In this document: one piece after another, positions 1 to 17,010 of the stretch
Numbering within the stretch: the stretch's first letter is position 1
How the letters are laid out: every line of letters starts with the position of its first letter
Assembly (NCBI GenBank): GCA_034670305.1
Contig: JAXMNT010000020.1
Coordinates: forward strand, 16,188 to 80,187
Direction of reading: 5' to 3'
Origin: Deltaproteobacteria bacterium
GTDB lineage: Bacteria > Myxococcota_A > Polyangia > Polyangiales > Houyiibacteriaceae
DNA length: 64,000 nucleotides
Program-made: the position numbers and the translations under genes
The notes under the pieces: model-generated
What the model was told of the DNA's origin: nothing
Databases searched by the model: none
Seen by the model: the letters and a program-made list of their open reading frames with translations, nothing else

Positions 1-313
1 CGACCAACGTCAGCACCTGCCGGGTCAAGGTCCGGCTCGCGTTCACGACCCGGCCCCAGAGCTTGCGGCCCTCCCAGAAGCGGTCGTAGCTGGTGTTGTT
101 CCGGAAGCCGAGGAAGATGCCGAGCGCGAGCCCGATGAGCGAGAAGGGCGTGACGGTGAGGTTCGTGTGCAAGAGCCCGTAGGTGTCGTGCAGATAGGTC
201 ACCAGCGTGGCGAAGACCGTCACCAAAAGAAGACGCCCCCACGTCCGGGTGAGGGAACTGCCTCGGACCGTGAACACCGTACGGAGCCACGACGCATCGT
301 TTCGAACCATCAT
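1..313 (-). CDS. Bestrophin-family (YneE-like) ion channel, 5' part (runs off window)
   Basis: Manual translation MMVRNDASWLRTVF...PFSLIGLALGIFLGFRNNTSYDRFWEGRKLWG contains the bestrophin FRxNxxYxRFWEGR motif; absent from the ORF track because it is truncated. Confidence 0.88.
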   Translation of the reverse strand, partial: MMVRNDASWLRTVFTVRGSSLTRTWGRLLLVTVFATLVTYLHDTYGLLHTNLTVTPFSLIGLALGIFLGFRNNTSYDRFWEGRKLWGRVVNASRTLTRQVLTLV

Positions 314-454
314 CGCGCGAGATCCTTGCGCGAAGCGCCCGCCCCCACAACCACTTCTTTGGGTCGGCGCCCCCGCGCACCCACCCCAGCTCGGGCACGC
401 GAGCCACCCAAACGGGCAGTATCAATCTTGGGCATCGGCCGGTAACATCGTTCG

Positions 455-6624
<6,170 letters not shown>

Positions 6625-6628
<4 letters not shown>

Positions 6629-9417
6629 ACCGGATGCTTCTGGCGCTGGTGGCAGTCGGTGGGCTGCTCGTTCTGAGCAGCTGCGACACCGACCCGTACT
6701 GTCTGACCTGTGAAGAAGAGGACGGCGGCTCGGACGCCGGCGACGCGGCCACGGGCGGAGACGTCTTGTTGGTCGATGCGCCGGTGGACGACGCGCCCGG
6801 AGACGTCGGCGACGCCGGCTGCCTCGGCACCGAGCTCTGCAACGACGCGGATGACGACTGCGATGGCTTCGTCGACGAGGGCCTCTCGACCGATCGGGAT
6901 CCGAACAACTGCGGCGCGTGCGGCAACGTCTGTTCGCCGCCGCACGCATTCGCGGTCTGCACCGACGGCGTCTGCATGGTGGGCGACTGCGACGTGGGGT
7001 TCCTCGACCTCAACGGAGACCCCGCCGATGGCTGCGAGTACCGCTGCCTTCAGACGGCGGACGAAGACATCCTGTGTGACCTGCGCGACAACGACTGCGA
7101 CGGGCTCGTGGACGAAGACGTCGAGTTCGACACCGATCCGGACAACTGCGGAAGCTGCGGACGGGTCTGCCGCTTCCCACACTCGGACGCGAGCTGCGCG
7201 ATGTCGGTGTGCCTGGTCGACATGTGCGAAGACGGCTTCTTCGACATCGACGGACGCGCGGACAACGGCTGCGAATACGCCTGCACGCTCGCCGATCCGG
7301 CCGAAGAGACCTGCAACGTGCGGGACGACGACTGCGACGGGATCGTCGACGAAGGCGACCCGGGCGGTGGCGAGGCCTGCGGCATCGACGTCGGGGCGTG
7401 CACCATCGGCACCACCATGTGCGTCATGGGCCGAGTCGCGTGCACGGACTCGATCACACCGACGACCGAACTCTGCAACGGCGTGGACGACGACTGCGAC
7501 GGCAACGTCGACCAGGGCAACCCCGAGGGCGGCCGCCTCTGTGGCTCACGCCTCGGCGCGTGCGTGCAGGGACGCGAAGTCTGCTCGGACGGCGCGATCA
7601 GCTGCGTCGGGGAGGTCATGGGCAGCGCGGAGACCTGTAACGCCATCGACGACGACTGCGATGGCATGATCGACGAAGGCAACCCCGACGGCGGCGCGGC
7701 CTGCGGAGAGACGACCGGCGCGTGCGAAGCGGGTGCGCTCACCTGCAGCGGCGGTGGACTCGTGTGCATGGGCGGCGTGTCGCCGGCCTTCGAAGCGTGC
7801 AACTCCATGGACGACGACTGCGACGGGATGGTCGACGAAGGCAACCCCGGCGGCGGTGCGCTCTGCGGCACGGACCTCGGCCAATGCCGACCCGGCACCC
7901 AGACCTGCAACGCGGGCACCGTGGAGTGCATCGGCGAAGTCACCGGGAGCATGGAGACCTGCAACAGCCTGGACGACGACTGCGATGGCAGCGTCGACGA
8001 AGGCAACCCGGGCGGCGGCGCGGCCTGTGGGCCCACGACGGGCGAATGCACGGCGGGCATGCTCGCATGTCGCTCGGGCACGTTCGTCTGCGAAGGCGGC
8101 ACCGGACCAAACGTCGAGACCTGCGATGGCAGCGACGAAGACTGCGACGGCGCGACCGACGAAGCGTTCAACTTCATGAGCGATCCGCGCCACTGCGGCG
8201 GGTGCGGCAACAGCTGCGACGCGGACTTCGCCATCGGCATCTGCGACGGCGGCACCTGTGCGATCGGCGGCTGCGACGACGGCCACATCGACGCCAACGG
8301 CGACCCGAGCGACGGATGCGAGTACGCCTGCTCGTTCGCAGGCGCGGAGGTGTGCAACGGCCTGGACGACGACTGCGACATGGTGGTCGACGAGACCCTC
8401 ACGCCCCCGGCGAACTTCTGTTTGAGCCGTGGCGTGTGCACCGGCACGACAGCGGTCTGCGGCGGGGCCGCGGGGTACACCTGCTCGTACCCCTCGACGT
8501 TCGAGGACTCGGAGACCCGCTGCGACACGCTGGACAACGACTGCGACGGACGAACCGACGAAGCGTATCCGCTGGCTGGCACCTCCTGCTCGGTCGGCAT
8601 CGGCGCCTGTGAAGGCGTCGGCAGCTACGAGTGCAACGGGACCGAAGACGGCGTCGTCTGCAACGCGGTTCCGGCCGACGTGCCGGACGACGAAGAGTGC
8701 AACGCACTCGACGACGACTGCGATGGTTTGGTCGACGAAGTCGGCGTGGACGATCTCGGCACCAGCTGGCGCGACGCGATCACCGCCGATGCGTTCGACA
8801 CGGTGGAGGTCGACCTCGGTGGCGGCTCGAGCATGTTGATGATGCAGTACGAGGCCTCCCGTCCGGACGCGAGCGCCTCGAGCGGCGGCAGCAACGAAAC
8901 GCTCGCGTGTTCACGGCCCGGGGTGCTGCCTTGGACCAGCGTCACCTGGCCTGAAGCACGCGACGCATGCTGCGCAATGAACCCAGGTGGCGCCTGTCCC
9001 GGCGCGGGCGCCCCCGGCTGGCAGCTCTGCGATGCCCCCGACTGGCAGACCTCGTGTGAGAGCGGCGCTGGCGGTTGCAACTGGGCCTACGAAGCGACGT
9101 GCTCCTCGAGCCAGCCGGTGGCCTGCAACGGCAAGGAGCGCGACAGCGACCCGGGTCTGCCGGGCGACCAGGACGCGGTGGCAACCGCGGGCGCGTTCCC
9201 GATGTGCCGCGCCATCTGGGGCGCGGCGGGTTCCATCTACGACCTGAGCGGCAACGTGAAGGAGTGGACCCGCACCGCCGCGGGATCGAACATCTACGAG
9301 CAGCGCGGCGGCGCCTACAACACGATCGAGAACGGACGGGCGTGCGGGTGGGACTTCACGGTCGCCAACCAAGACTTCGCCCACCCGGCGACCGGCTTCC
9401 GCTGCTGCATGTACTGA
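6625..9417 (+). CDS. Cys-rich lipoprotein with ~11 MopE-like repeats and a C-terminal FGE-sulfatase/SUMF1-like (CLec-fold) domain
   Basis: ATGA overlap with the upstream stop; lipobox LSSC; YEASRP...PWTSVTW...DLSGNVKEW...RGGAY...GFRCC. Confidence 0.82.
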
Positions 9418-9490
9418 GGTACGGAGCAGCGCGGTGATGTGAACGAGGCCCGCTTTGGCGGGCCTTGGCCTTTGAGGACGCCCGAGTTCG

Positions 9491-9904
9491 CTACGGGACG
9501 CGGCGGATGCCGGAGCTGCTCGTGGCGAGCAATCGCTCGACCGCTTCGGCGACGGCCGCGAACTGGAACGGCTTGCGGAAGTACGCGTCGAACGACTTCA
9601 AGTGGGCGCGCGGAAGGTCGCTTCCGCTGACGAGGACGAGCCGCGGGCAATCGCTGCTCAGACGCTCGCGCAACATCTGGGCGAGCTCGACGCCGGTGCA
9701 GCGGGGCATCTGCTGATCCATGAACACGAGCGCCGGTGGGTTCGCCAGGATGACGTCGTAGGCGCGGTGCGGATCGACGAAACCGCGCACGTCCACGTCC
9801 TCGAACCAGACACGAATGCACTCGGTGAGTCCTCGGACACTCGCGAGGTTGTCGTCGATGACAACGATGCGGACCGGCGGTGACTTCGGTTGTGGTGCTT
9901 GCAA
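9491..9904 (-). CDS. Single-domain response regulator
   Basis: IVVIDDN, FMDQQMP, VSG and KPF receiver motifs; start uncertain. Confidence 0.8.
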   Translation of the reverse strand: MQAPQPKSPPVRIVVIDDNLASVRGLTECIRVWFEDVDVRGFVDPHRAYDVILANPPALVFMDQQMPRCTGVELAQMLRERLSSDCPRLVLVSGSDLPRAHLKSFDAYFRKPFQFAAVAEAVERLLATSSSGIRRVP

Positions 9905-10009
9905 TGGGCCCTCCTCTCGGCGTCCCTGGAAAGGGACCCCTCAGCTCTCCATGCACCAGGGTCGCATTTCCTTCACAGCGGGGGCCAGTCCCCCCATAAT
10001 TTACTGCCG

Positions 10010-11686
10010 CTACGTGGCGCCGCTACCCTTGCGGCGGCCGACGAAGGCCATCCAGAGGATGCCGAGAAGCGCCATCCAACCGGGCCAGTCGCCTACATAG
10101 GCATACACCGTCTGTCCGGTCAGGAGCGGCAGCGATGCGGCGCGCTGGCCCCGCTCCTCGACCCCGATCGTGTCGATCACCCGGCCGACCGGATCGACGA
10201 ACGCCGAGACGCCGCTGTTGGTCGACCGTACGAGCGCACGGTGGTGTTCGACCGCGCGGAACTTCGCGAGTGCGAGGTGGATCCACGGTTCGTGGGTGTC
10301 GCCGAACCACGCGTCGTTGGTGATGTTCGCGAGCAGGTGGGGGTTCCCTTCGCGGACTGCGCCGCGGGTGAACCTCGGCAGCACGTCCTCGTAACAGACC
10401 AGCGTCGAGATCCGGACCTCGCCCGCGTCGGTCGGCAAGACCAGCGGGCGCACGTGATCGCCCGGGGTGAAGCGGCCGCTGTTCGGAGACCAGTCGTAGA
10501 CGATCGGGAACATCTCTCCGAACGGCAGGTACTCGCCGAACATCAAGAGGTAGGTCTTGTCGTAGGTGCCAAGAACCTCGCCGGTCGCCGAGGTCAGGTA
10601 CGCGGTGTTGTACGCGTGCAAACGCTGGCCGCCCTCCCCATCCGGACCACGACGACGCGCCAGCCCACCGAAGAGCACGGGCGTCTCGATCGGACCAAGG
10701 ATCCGCTCGCGCACGTTGGTGACCTGTTCCGGAAGAAAGAAGGTGTACGCGCTCTCGGGCCACACGAGCAGCTCGAGCTCAGGGTGTTCGGCGACCAGGT
10801 CGGCGCTCTGGGAGAGGTGACGCCGGTGCCCGAGGAAGGGGTCTCCGTGTTTGTCGAAGATCCCCATGTTGACCTGCACCATGCCGACCTCGAGGTGGCG
10901 CGCTTCGGCGGCGCGCGCGTCGACCTGGTGCATCCGGAACAGCCCGTAGCCAAGCGTCGCCACAAGTGCCGCAGCCACGACCGCCACGGTCCGGCGCGGA
11001 AGCGCGGCGTGGGCGCGGCGGGCAACGATCGTTTCGTAGAGGGCCCCGTTGATGCCCATGATCACAGCGCTGAGCAGCATCGGTCCGCCGAGGTCGGCGA
11101 CCTGGAGCAGCGGGACCACGTCGTGAAAACCGGTCGCCAAGAAACTCGGAAACAGCACCGGGTACGAGAGTTCGAGGGCGAGCAACGCGGCGATGCCGCT
11201 GATCGTCACCCCGAAGCCGCGGCGGCGCGCTTTGCCATAGAGCCAGTAGATCAACATCTGCTGGCCGCCCTGGTAGAGGAAGAACACGCTGGCCATGCCC
11301 CAACAGAGGGCTTCGTTGAAGCCGGAGAAGCTCTTCAGCATCTCCACGAGCCAGTAGTAGCCGCCGGTGTAGGCGACGAAGCCGTGGGTCAGCCCCAGTC
11401 GGAGCAGACGTTTTCCGCTCGCGTTCGGTTCCGCATCGACGACGTAGAACATCGGCAGGAAGCAGAACAACGCGAACGGCCACCAGCTGAACCCCGCGTA
11501 GCCGAGGCACTGGGCTGCGCCCCCGAGGGCCACGAGCAGGAGGTGTTTGCGGGCGGTGGTCTTGTCGACCTGCGCAGGCGGCGGCTTGGAGGCGGGCGCC
11601 GCCTCCTCGGGCGGAGGCTCGGCCGCTTTCTTGCGGCGCTTCTTGGAACGCTCAGCCGATGCCGAGCGTCTTTTTGACCTTGCCAA
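10010..11686 (-). CDS. lnt: Apolipoprotein N-acyltransferase
   Basis: Multiple TM helices; nitrilase triad VWPES, YDK..L.MFGEY, LVCYED; NITNDAWF; RSTNSGVS. Confidence 0.93.
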   Translation of the reverse strand: MARSKRRSASAERSKKRRKKAAEPPPEEAAPASKPPPAQVDKTTARKHLLLVALGGAAQCLGYAGFSWWPFALFCFLPMFYVVDAEPNASGKRLLRLGLTHGFVAYTGGYYWLVEMLKSFSGFNEALCWGMASVFFLYQGGQQMLIYWLYGKARRRGFGVTISGIAALLALELSYPVLFPSFLATGFHDVVPLLQVADLGGPMLLSAVIMGINGALYETIVARRAHAALPRRTVAVVAAALVATLGYGLFRMHQVDARAAEARHLEVGMVQVNMGIFDKHGDPFLGHRRHLSQSADLVAEHPELELLVWPESAYTFFLPEQVTNVRERILGPIETPVLFGGLARRRGPDGEGGQRLHAYNTAYLTSATGEVLGTYDKTYLLMFGEYLPFGEMFPIVYDWSPNSGRFTPGDHVRPLVLPTDAGEVRISTLVCYEDVLPRFTRGAVREGNPHLLANITNDAWFGDTHEPWIHLALAKFRAVEHHRALVRSTNSGVSAFVDPVGRVIDTIGVEERGQRAASLPLLTGQTVYAYVGDWPGWMALLGILWMAFVGRRKGSGAT

Positions 11687-12059
11687 GGAACGTTTCCCGG
11701 TCGAACGGTTTGGTGACGTAGTGGCGTGCGCCGGCGTTGATCCCCGTGATCATGTCGCGGGGTCCGCCCTTGGCGGTGAGCAAGATCACCGGAATGAGCT
11801 TCAAGGCTTCGTCGTGCTTCATCCGATTGGTGAGGGTCAGTCCATCCATGCGCGGCATCATGATGTCGCTGATGAGCAGATCGGGCGGGTCGTTGTGGCG
11901 GAGGTAGGTGTACGCCTCCATGCCATCGGCCACGGACTCCACGTCGGCGAAAGACCGAAGGATCAGCGTGATCATCTTCCGCAACGCCGGGTCGTCTTCT
12001 GCCACGAGGATCCGGGGACGGCGTTCCTTTTTCGCGGGGGTCTTGGGTACGCTTCCCAT
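11652..12059 (-). CDS. Single-domain response regulator
   Basis: ILVAEDD, ISDIMMPRMDG, LLTAK, YVTKPF. Confidence 0.9.
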   Translation of the reverse strand: MGSVPKTPAKKERRPRILVAEDDPALRKMITLILRSFADVESVADGMEAYTYLRHNDPPDLLISDIMMPRMDGLTLTNRMKHDEALKLIPVILLTAKGGPRDMITGINAGARHYVTKPFDRETFLGKVKKTLGIG

Positions 12060-12163
12060 AGCCAGATGACCTAAGCACATCTGTCCGGGGTGGGCGAGGC
12101 CGTTGAATGGACAGGCCTACAACGGGCTGCGCGACCCACGAGAAACCGGCTACCTTGCGGTCG

Positions 12164-14089
12164 ATGTTCAGCCGCTTTCGTCCGCAGTGTGTCTCCGTCG
12201 GTTGGTTCGTGGCCCTGTGCCTGACGATGTCGTCGTGTGGCGAGCCCACCTTCGAGGGCGAGGCGGTGGCGGTGTTCAACGTGCCGCGCACGGGCGCCGA
12301 GCCGTTCTTCGACCTGCCCTGGCCGAGCGATCTTCGCGTCACCCCGGACGGCGCGATCGACATGCGCGACTTCCCGAACCCGTCGATCCCGATCCTCACG
12401 CAGTACCTCGAACGCCTGTCGACGACGGTGCGCGGGTACAGCGTCAGCGCGCCGAACTATCTCCGGTTCGGCACGGCGATCGACGTGGACTCGCTGCCTC
12501 CGAACCCGTCCGCATCGCTCGAGACCGACGCGTCGGTCTTTCTGATCAACGTGGACGCGGACAGCCCGTCGGTCGGCACCCGCCACCCCTCGGTCACGCA
12601 CTACTACGACCCCGAATCGACCTGGTGGCCGGGACACTGCCTCGCGGTGCGTCCGGTGCACGGCGCCATCTTGCGCCCGAACACCACCTACGCCGCCGTC
12701 GTGACCCGGGCCCTGCGCGCCGCCGACGGCCGCATGCTCCAGAGGAGCGCCGACCTCGAAGCCATCGTGGACCCCAGCGTCGCGGCCGACGAAGCCGTCG
12801 TCGATGCCCGGCGCATCTACGAACCCGCGCTGGCCGCGATCGAAGCCGCAGGCTTGCCGCGCGACCAGGTGTTGAGCCTCACCGTCTTCACGACCCAGGA
12901 CCCGACCGCAGAACTCACGGCCGCCCGCGACTGGCTCGTCGATCAGCCGCCGCCCGAGTCGGTCGATCGCACCTGGGCGTTCGTCCGTGAAGAAGAGGGC
13001 TACTCGGTATTCGAAGGCCGCTACCACTCGTTGCTCTTCCAGAACGGCGAGCCGCCCTATGCCTCGAGCGGTGGTGCGATCGAGTTCGACGCGTCCGGGG
13101 ACCCGATCACCCACGGCACGTTCGAAGCCCGCTTCGCCATGACGGTGCCAGACACCGAACCACCCGCGGCGGGCTTCCCGCTCGTGCTCTACGCCCACGG
13201 CACCGGCGGCAGCTACGAGACCTTCATTCGCAACGACGTGGGACCGCGCCTCGCGCAGCTCGGCATCGCCACCATGGGCGTCGACCAGATCCACCACGGC
13301 AACCGAGCCCCCGAAGGGGTCGGACCCGAAGGGCTGGTGTTCAACTTCACGAACCCCGACGCGTTCCGAGACAACGCCCGCCAGTCCGCGCTCGACGTGG
13401 TCGAGCAGGTGCGGTTTGCGCTCTCTGAAGGGGTCTCGCGCGAGGTCATCTCGGGCGGTCGCACATTCGACCCGGACAACATCTTCTTCATGGGCCACAG
13501 CCAGGGGGGACTGAACGGTCCGCTCTTTCTCGCCATCGACGACCACACACGCGGCGGGGTGCTGAGCGGCGCCGGCGGCCACCTGCCGATCGCGCTCGTC
13601 GACAAAGTGCAGCCCATCAACATTCCGACCATCGTCGTCACGCTGCTGCGCATCCGGGACACGGAGCTCGAACATCTGGTCTACGAACACCCGGTGTACG
13701 CGGCCCTCCAGACCTGGACCGAGGTGGCCGATCCGACCAACTACGGCCACTTCCTCTTTCATCAGCCGCGCCCGGGTTTTGCGCCGAAACACATTCTTCA
13801 GACCGAGGGCATCACCGACCAGTACACCCCGCCGCGCGCCATCGAAGCGCTGGCGCTGGCAGCGCGGATCCCGGTGCTCGGTGAGGTCCTCACGCCCATC
13901 GACGGTGCGTCGGTGCTCGGGATCGATCCCCAGACCCGCCCCGCCAGCGGCAACATGCCGAGCGGCGTGACCGCAGGCCTGCTCCAGTTCTCCGGCGGGC
14001 ACTTCGTGGCGTTCGACGACGGTCCACACGCCACCATCGATGCGTTCTTCGACTCCCTCGTACGCGACGGCGTTCCGACCATCGAGTGA
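12164..14089 (+). CDS. Lipoprotein alpha/beta hydrolase (lipase-like) with an N-terminal Ig-like region
   Basis: Lipobox MSSC; LYAHGTGG; nucleophile elbow GHSQGG; late Asp and His (TDQY, GGHF). Confidence 0.75.
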   Translation: MFSRFRPQCVSVGWFVALCLTMSSCGEPTFEGEAVAVFNVPRTGAEPFFDLPWPSDLRVTPDGAIDMRDFPNPSIPILTQYLERLSTTVRGYSVSAPNYLRFGTAIDVDSLPPNPSASLETDASVFLINVDADSPSVGTRHPSVTHYYDPESTWWPGHCLAVRPVHGAILRPNTTYAAVVTRALRAADGRMLQRSADLEAIVDPSVAADEAVVDARRIYEPALAAIEAAGLPRDQVLSLTVFTTQDPTAELTAARDWLVDQPPPESVDRTWAFVREEEGYSVFEGRYHSLLFQNGEPPYASSGGAIEFDASGDPITHGTFEARFAMTVPDTEPPAAGFPLVLYAHGTGGSYETFIRNDVGPRLAQLGIATMGVDQIHHGNRAPEGVGPEGLVFNFTNPDAFRDNARQSALDVVEQVRFALSEGVSREVISGGRTFDPDNIFFMGHSQGGLNGPLFLAIDDHTRGGVLSGAGGHLPIALVDKVQPINIPTIVVTLLRIRDTELEHLVYEHPVYAALQTWTEVADPTNYGHFLFHQPRPGFAPKHILQTEGITDQYTPPRAIEALALAARIPVLGEVLTPIDGASVLGIDPQTRPASGNMPSGVTAGLLQFSGGHFVAFDDGPHATIDAFFDSLVRDGVPTIE

Positions 14090-14787
14090 CCGGCGACGGC
14101 GACATCGACCACGATGCGCTGGTTCGAGACGCCGCTACGACCGCGGGGCTCGACCCCAAACGAGTGGCCCGGCTCGCCGTGAAGTGGACGGGTGAGATCG
14201 TCAAAGCGCGGCTCGAGGAGATCCTCGGCGAGGACGGAGAGACGCAGCGCGGTCGGGTGCAGCGCAGCGACGTCGCCTGGAAGGGGCCACCCCTGTGGCT
14301 GGCGATGCAGAACGAGGGCGCGGTGCCGCCCGACCTGCCGCTCGCAGTGATGCCTTTGCCCGAGGCCTACCGCGGCGCGGCGTCGCTCGGGCAGTTGCCC
14401 GGCCCCGTCCAGGACCACCTGCGGGACACCCTCGATGGCTGGGCGCGGACCTCGGGCGGCGTGACCCCGCCGCACCGAGTGAGCGCGTGGCGTTCGGACG
14501 TCGTGCACGCGTACGCGTCGCCGTACCACCTGTGGGTCGACCTCCACACGCGAGAGGTCCTGCTCGCGGTCGAAGAACGCACCAAGGGGAAGATCATGCG
14601 CGGCATGGCGATGACCGGGCTCGCGGGGGCGGGCGCCGGCGGCTTCGGACTGCTGCTCGGCCCTTATGTCGCGGTCCTCTCGCTCGTGTTCGGATCGACG
14701 GTGGCCGCGGTCCAGGTTCGAGACGGCCTCAAGCGCAAGTACCGCACCGTCTACGCCGCCGATCCAAAGAGGCCTGGCGGCCCGTAG
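14086..14787 (+). CDS. Hypothetical membrane protein
   Basis: GTGA overlap with the upstream stop; two C-terminal hydrophobic segments. Confidence 0.6.
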   Translation: MTGDGDIDHDALVRDAATTAGLDPKRVARLAVKWTGEIVKARLEEILGEDGETQRGRVQRSDVAWKGPPLWLAMQNEGAVPPDLPLAVMPLPEAYRGAASLGQLPGPVQDHLRDTLDGWARTSGGVTPPHRVSAWRSDVVHAYASPYHLWVDLHTREVLLAVEERTKGKIMRGMAMTGLAGAGAGGFGLLLGPYVAVLSLVFGSTVAAVQVRDGLKRKYRTVYAADPKRPGGP

Positions 14788-14842
14788 CGGGTGCCCGCAA
14801 GCAACGGGGGAGATCCTGTTTGGAACGTCGTATGCTCGGGCC

Positions 14843-15094
14843 ATGACGGAAGACATCAGTGACAACGCGCTGAAGGAACTGGGTGCGCGGGTACGCACAG
14901 CGCAGCGCCGCAACATGATGGTGCGCTTTGCTGCGGTGGTGGTCGTCATCACCGGGTTCTGTCTCGGTCTGTGGTGCCGGTCCCTTCTGGAGCACCGCGG
15001 CAGTGGACTTCAGTGGGCCGGGTTGATCGTTGGGCTGACCATCGCGGGTTTCATGGTCAACAAGCTCGAGGTCCAGGTCGAAGAAATCGAGTAG
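14843..15094 (+). CDS. Small two-TM membrane protein (83 aa)
   Basis: TATGCT-N6-ATG start; two hydrophobic helices. Confidence 0.6.
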   Translation: MTEDISDNALKELGARVRTAQRRNMMVRFAAVVVVITGFCLGLWCRSLLEHRGSGLQWAGLIVGLTIAGFMVNKLEVQVEEIE

Positions 15095-15376
15095 CCGTCT
15101 ACTCGCTGCCCTCGGGGCTGAGTTGCTGATCTTCCCGAGCCCCGCCACGCCGTCGTCGAAGGACTTCTGGACGAGTGCCTCGAGGTGTTCGATGCGCGCC
15201 CGCAGGTGCGCTTTGTCGTCGCGGTACGCGTCCACACAAACAGGCTATCGAGGACCGAACTTGGGCGCGAGGCCGAACAGAGGTTGACGGGAGGGCGTGC
15301 GGGGTTCGATGCTGGCAGACCACCCGCTGCATGGCGGATCAACACACGCCGGGCGAGGCGGGACGGAGTCGACGAG

Positions 15377-15889
15377 ATGGGCCAGGACAAGAGCGAGCAA
15401 GGGAAGCTGACCGTGACGGGACGTCACTCGGAGATCCCCGCCCCGCATGTGGCCATCGACGAAGCCGGAAGCGACGTCATCATCGTCGTCACCCAGGCGT
15501 TCGGCCCGAAGGGCGACAACCTCGTGGGCCACTCCGATGTGTTGTTCGATGGGCACCCGGCGGTGAGCATTGGCGTGCGGACCCCCGACGGCCGCGAAGG
15601 CGTCGTGCATCTGAGCCCGATTCATGGCGACCCGCGCAAAGAAGGTTTCGATGCGGTCGCGCCCGGCACCCACTGCGTCCTCTTCTGCCCGGTGTCGAAA
15701 GAGCCCCTTCCGATCCTCGGGCAGGTCGAAGACGGAAGCGGCGCGAACTACCGCGCGCTCTACCTGACGCCCAAGCTCGATGAGAGCGCAGTCGTGATGA
15801 TCAGCGACGTGTGGGCGCACTTCCACTCGCGCATCGTCGACGACATGGAGCTGCTCTCGTACTGGGCAGTCACCCACGAAGACGAGTAG
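15377..15889 (+). CDS. Hypothetical protein
   Basis: Coding-like composition from MGQDKSEQ; contains HLSPIHGD and LFCPVS. Confidence 0.65.
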   Translation: MGQDKSEQGKLTVTGRHSEIPAPHVAIDEAGSDVIIVVTQAFGPKGDNLVGHSDVLFDGHPAVSIGVRTPDGREGVVHLSPIHGDPRKEGFDAVAPGTHCVLFCPVSKEPLPILGQVEDGSGANYRALYLTPKLDESAVVMISDVWAHFHSRIVDDMELLSYWAVTHEDE

Positions 15890-15997
15890 CGCTTCACTGC
15901 GCCTCGAACAGCAACACTCCGCATCGGGCAACCCGCACTGCGTCTCGACGGCTCGGTTGCGAGCAAAGGCAAGCGAGGGAGGAAGACCTTCTCCCTC

Positions 15998-16819
15998 GTG
16001 CTCCTTGCCTGCGCGTCGTTCCTCCTCCTCTGGGGATACGGACGCCGGCCAAGCCGCAGCCACGTCAGCGTCGAGTTCGAGGAAGGCGCACGCTACGAGC
16101 GCCGCATGGTCGGCGACGCGCTCGTTCACGAGCTCCGGCTCCGACTCGAACGCTTCGAGGTCGTCGTCTCTCGACCAGACTTGGCCCGCGCGCGCGGTCC
16201 CGAAGGCGGCCACGGCTTCCCCGCGCGAACGGTGCGCGAGTTCGCGCGCAGCGAGCGCGTGTTCGCCGCCATCAACGCGAACTTCTTCCATCCGTTCCAC
16301 TCGAACGCGCCCTGGGACTTCAGTCCGCGGGCCGGTGAAACCAGCTGGCCGATCGGTGACGTGATCTCGGGCGGCGTATCGTACGGAACCGTGGTGACCG
16401 ATGCCGACGAGCCATGGCCCGCCGCCTGCTTCGATCGCACCGGCGTCGCCTTCGCGCTCCGCTGCCCCGCCGGGACCGTACACGCGGTCGCCGGCCAGAC
16501 CTGGCTGGTGCAGGAAGGCGCCGCCGTGCCGCACCGCTCGGACGCGGTCGCACCCCGCACCGCGCTCGGCGTCGACGGTGAGGGCCGGGTCGTCCTGGTG
16601 GTCGTTGACGGACGCCAACCGCTCTACTCGCCCGGCCTGACGCTGGATGCGCTGGCGAGCCACCTCGCCACTCGAAACCTGGTCGACGCGATCAACTTGG
16701 ACGGCGGCGGCTCTTCGGTCCTCGTGGTCGAGGGCGCGGTGTGGAGCGCGCCCATCCACACGCGCTTGCCGATGCGCATGCGCCCGGTGGCGGTGCAGCT
16801 CGGGTTCCGGGCGCGGTAG
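15998..16819 (+). CDS. Phosphodiester glycosidase (NAGPA-like) family protein
   Basis: AINANFF, PRTALG, VVDGRQ, AINLDGGGSS; an in-frame basic stretch (SKGKRGRK) upstream suggests the true start lies about 40 nt earlier. Confidence 0.85.
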   Translation: MLLACASFLLLWGYGRRPSRSHVSVEFEEGARYERRMVGDALVHELRLRLERFEVVVSRPDLARARGPEGGHGFPARTVREFARSERVFAAINANFFHPFHSNAPWDFSPRAGETSWPIGDVISGGVSYGTVVTDADEPWPAACFDRTGVAFALRCPAGTVHAVAGQTWLVQEGAAVPHRSDAVAPRTALGVDGEGRVVLVVVDGRQPLYSPGLTLDALASHLATRNLVDAINLDGGGSSVLVVEGAVWSAPIHTRLPMRMRPVAVQLGFRAR

Positions 16820-16828
16820 GGACAGCGT

Positions 16829-16975
16829 GCTGCTGACTCTGCTGCTGACTCTACTCTGCCGCTGACTCTGCCGCTGACTCTGCCGCTGACTCTGCTGCTG
16901 ACTCTGCTGCTGACTCTGCTGCTGACTCTGCTGCTGACTCTGCTGCTGACTCTGGCTGACTCTGCCGCTGAGTCC
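16829..16975. repeat. Tandem 12-bp repeat GCYGCTGACTCT, ~12 units
   Basis: 11 GCTGACTCT cores plus one GCTGAGTC read directly. Confidence 0.95.
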
Positions 16976-17010
16976 CCCCACGAGAAGGGGCGCAGCGCTG
17001 GAGGATGAAG

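Noticed and set aside
8830..9417. FGE/CLec domain as a diversity-generating retroelement target
   Set aside because: I found no reverse transcriptase gene and no template-repeat copy of the 3' end in the window; a remote DGR cannot be excluded
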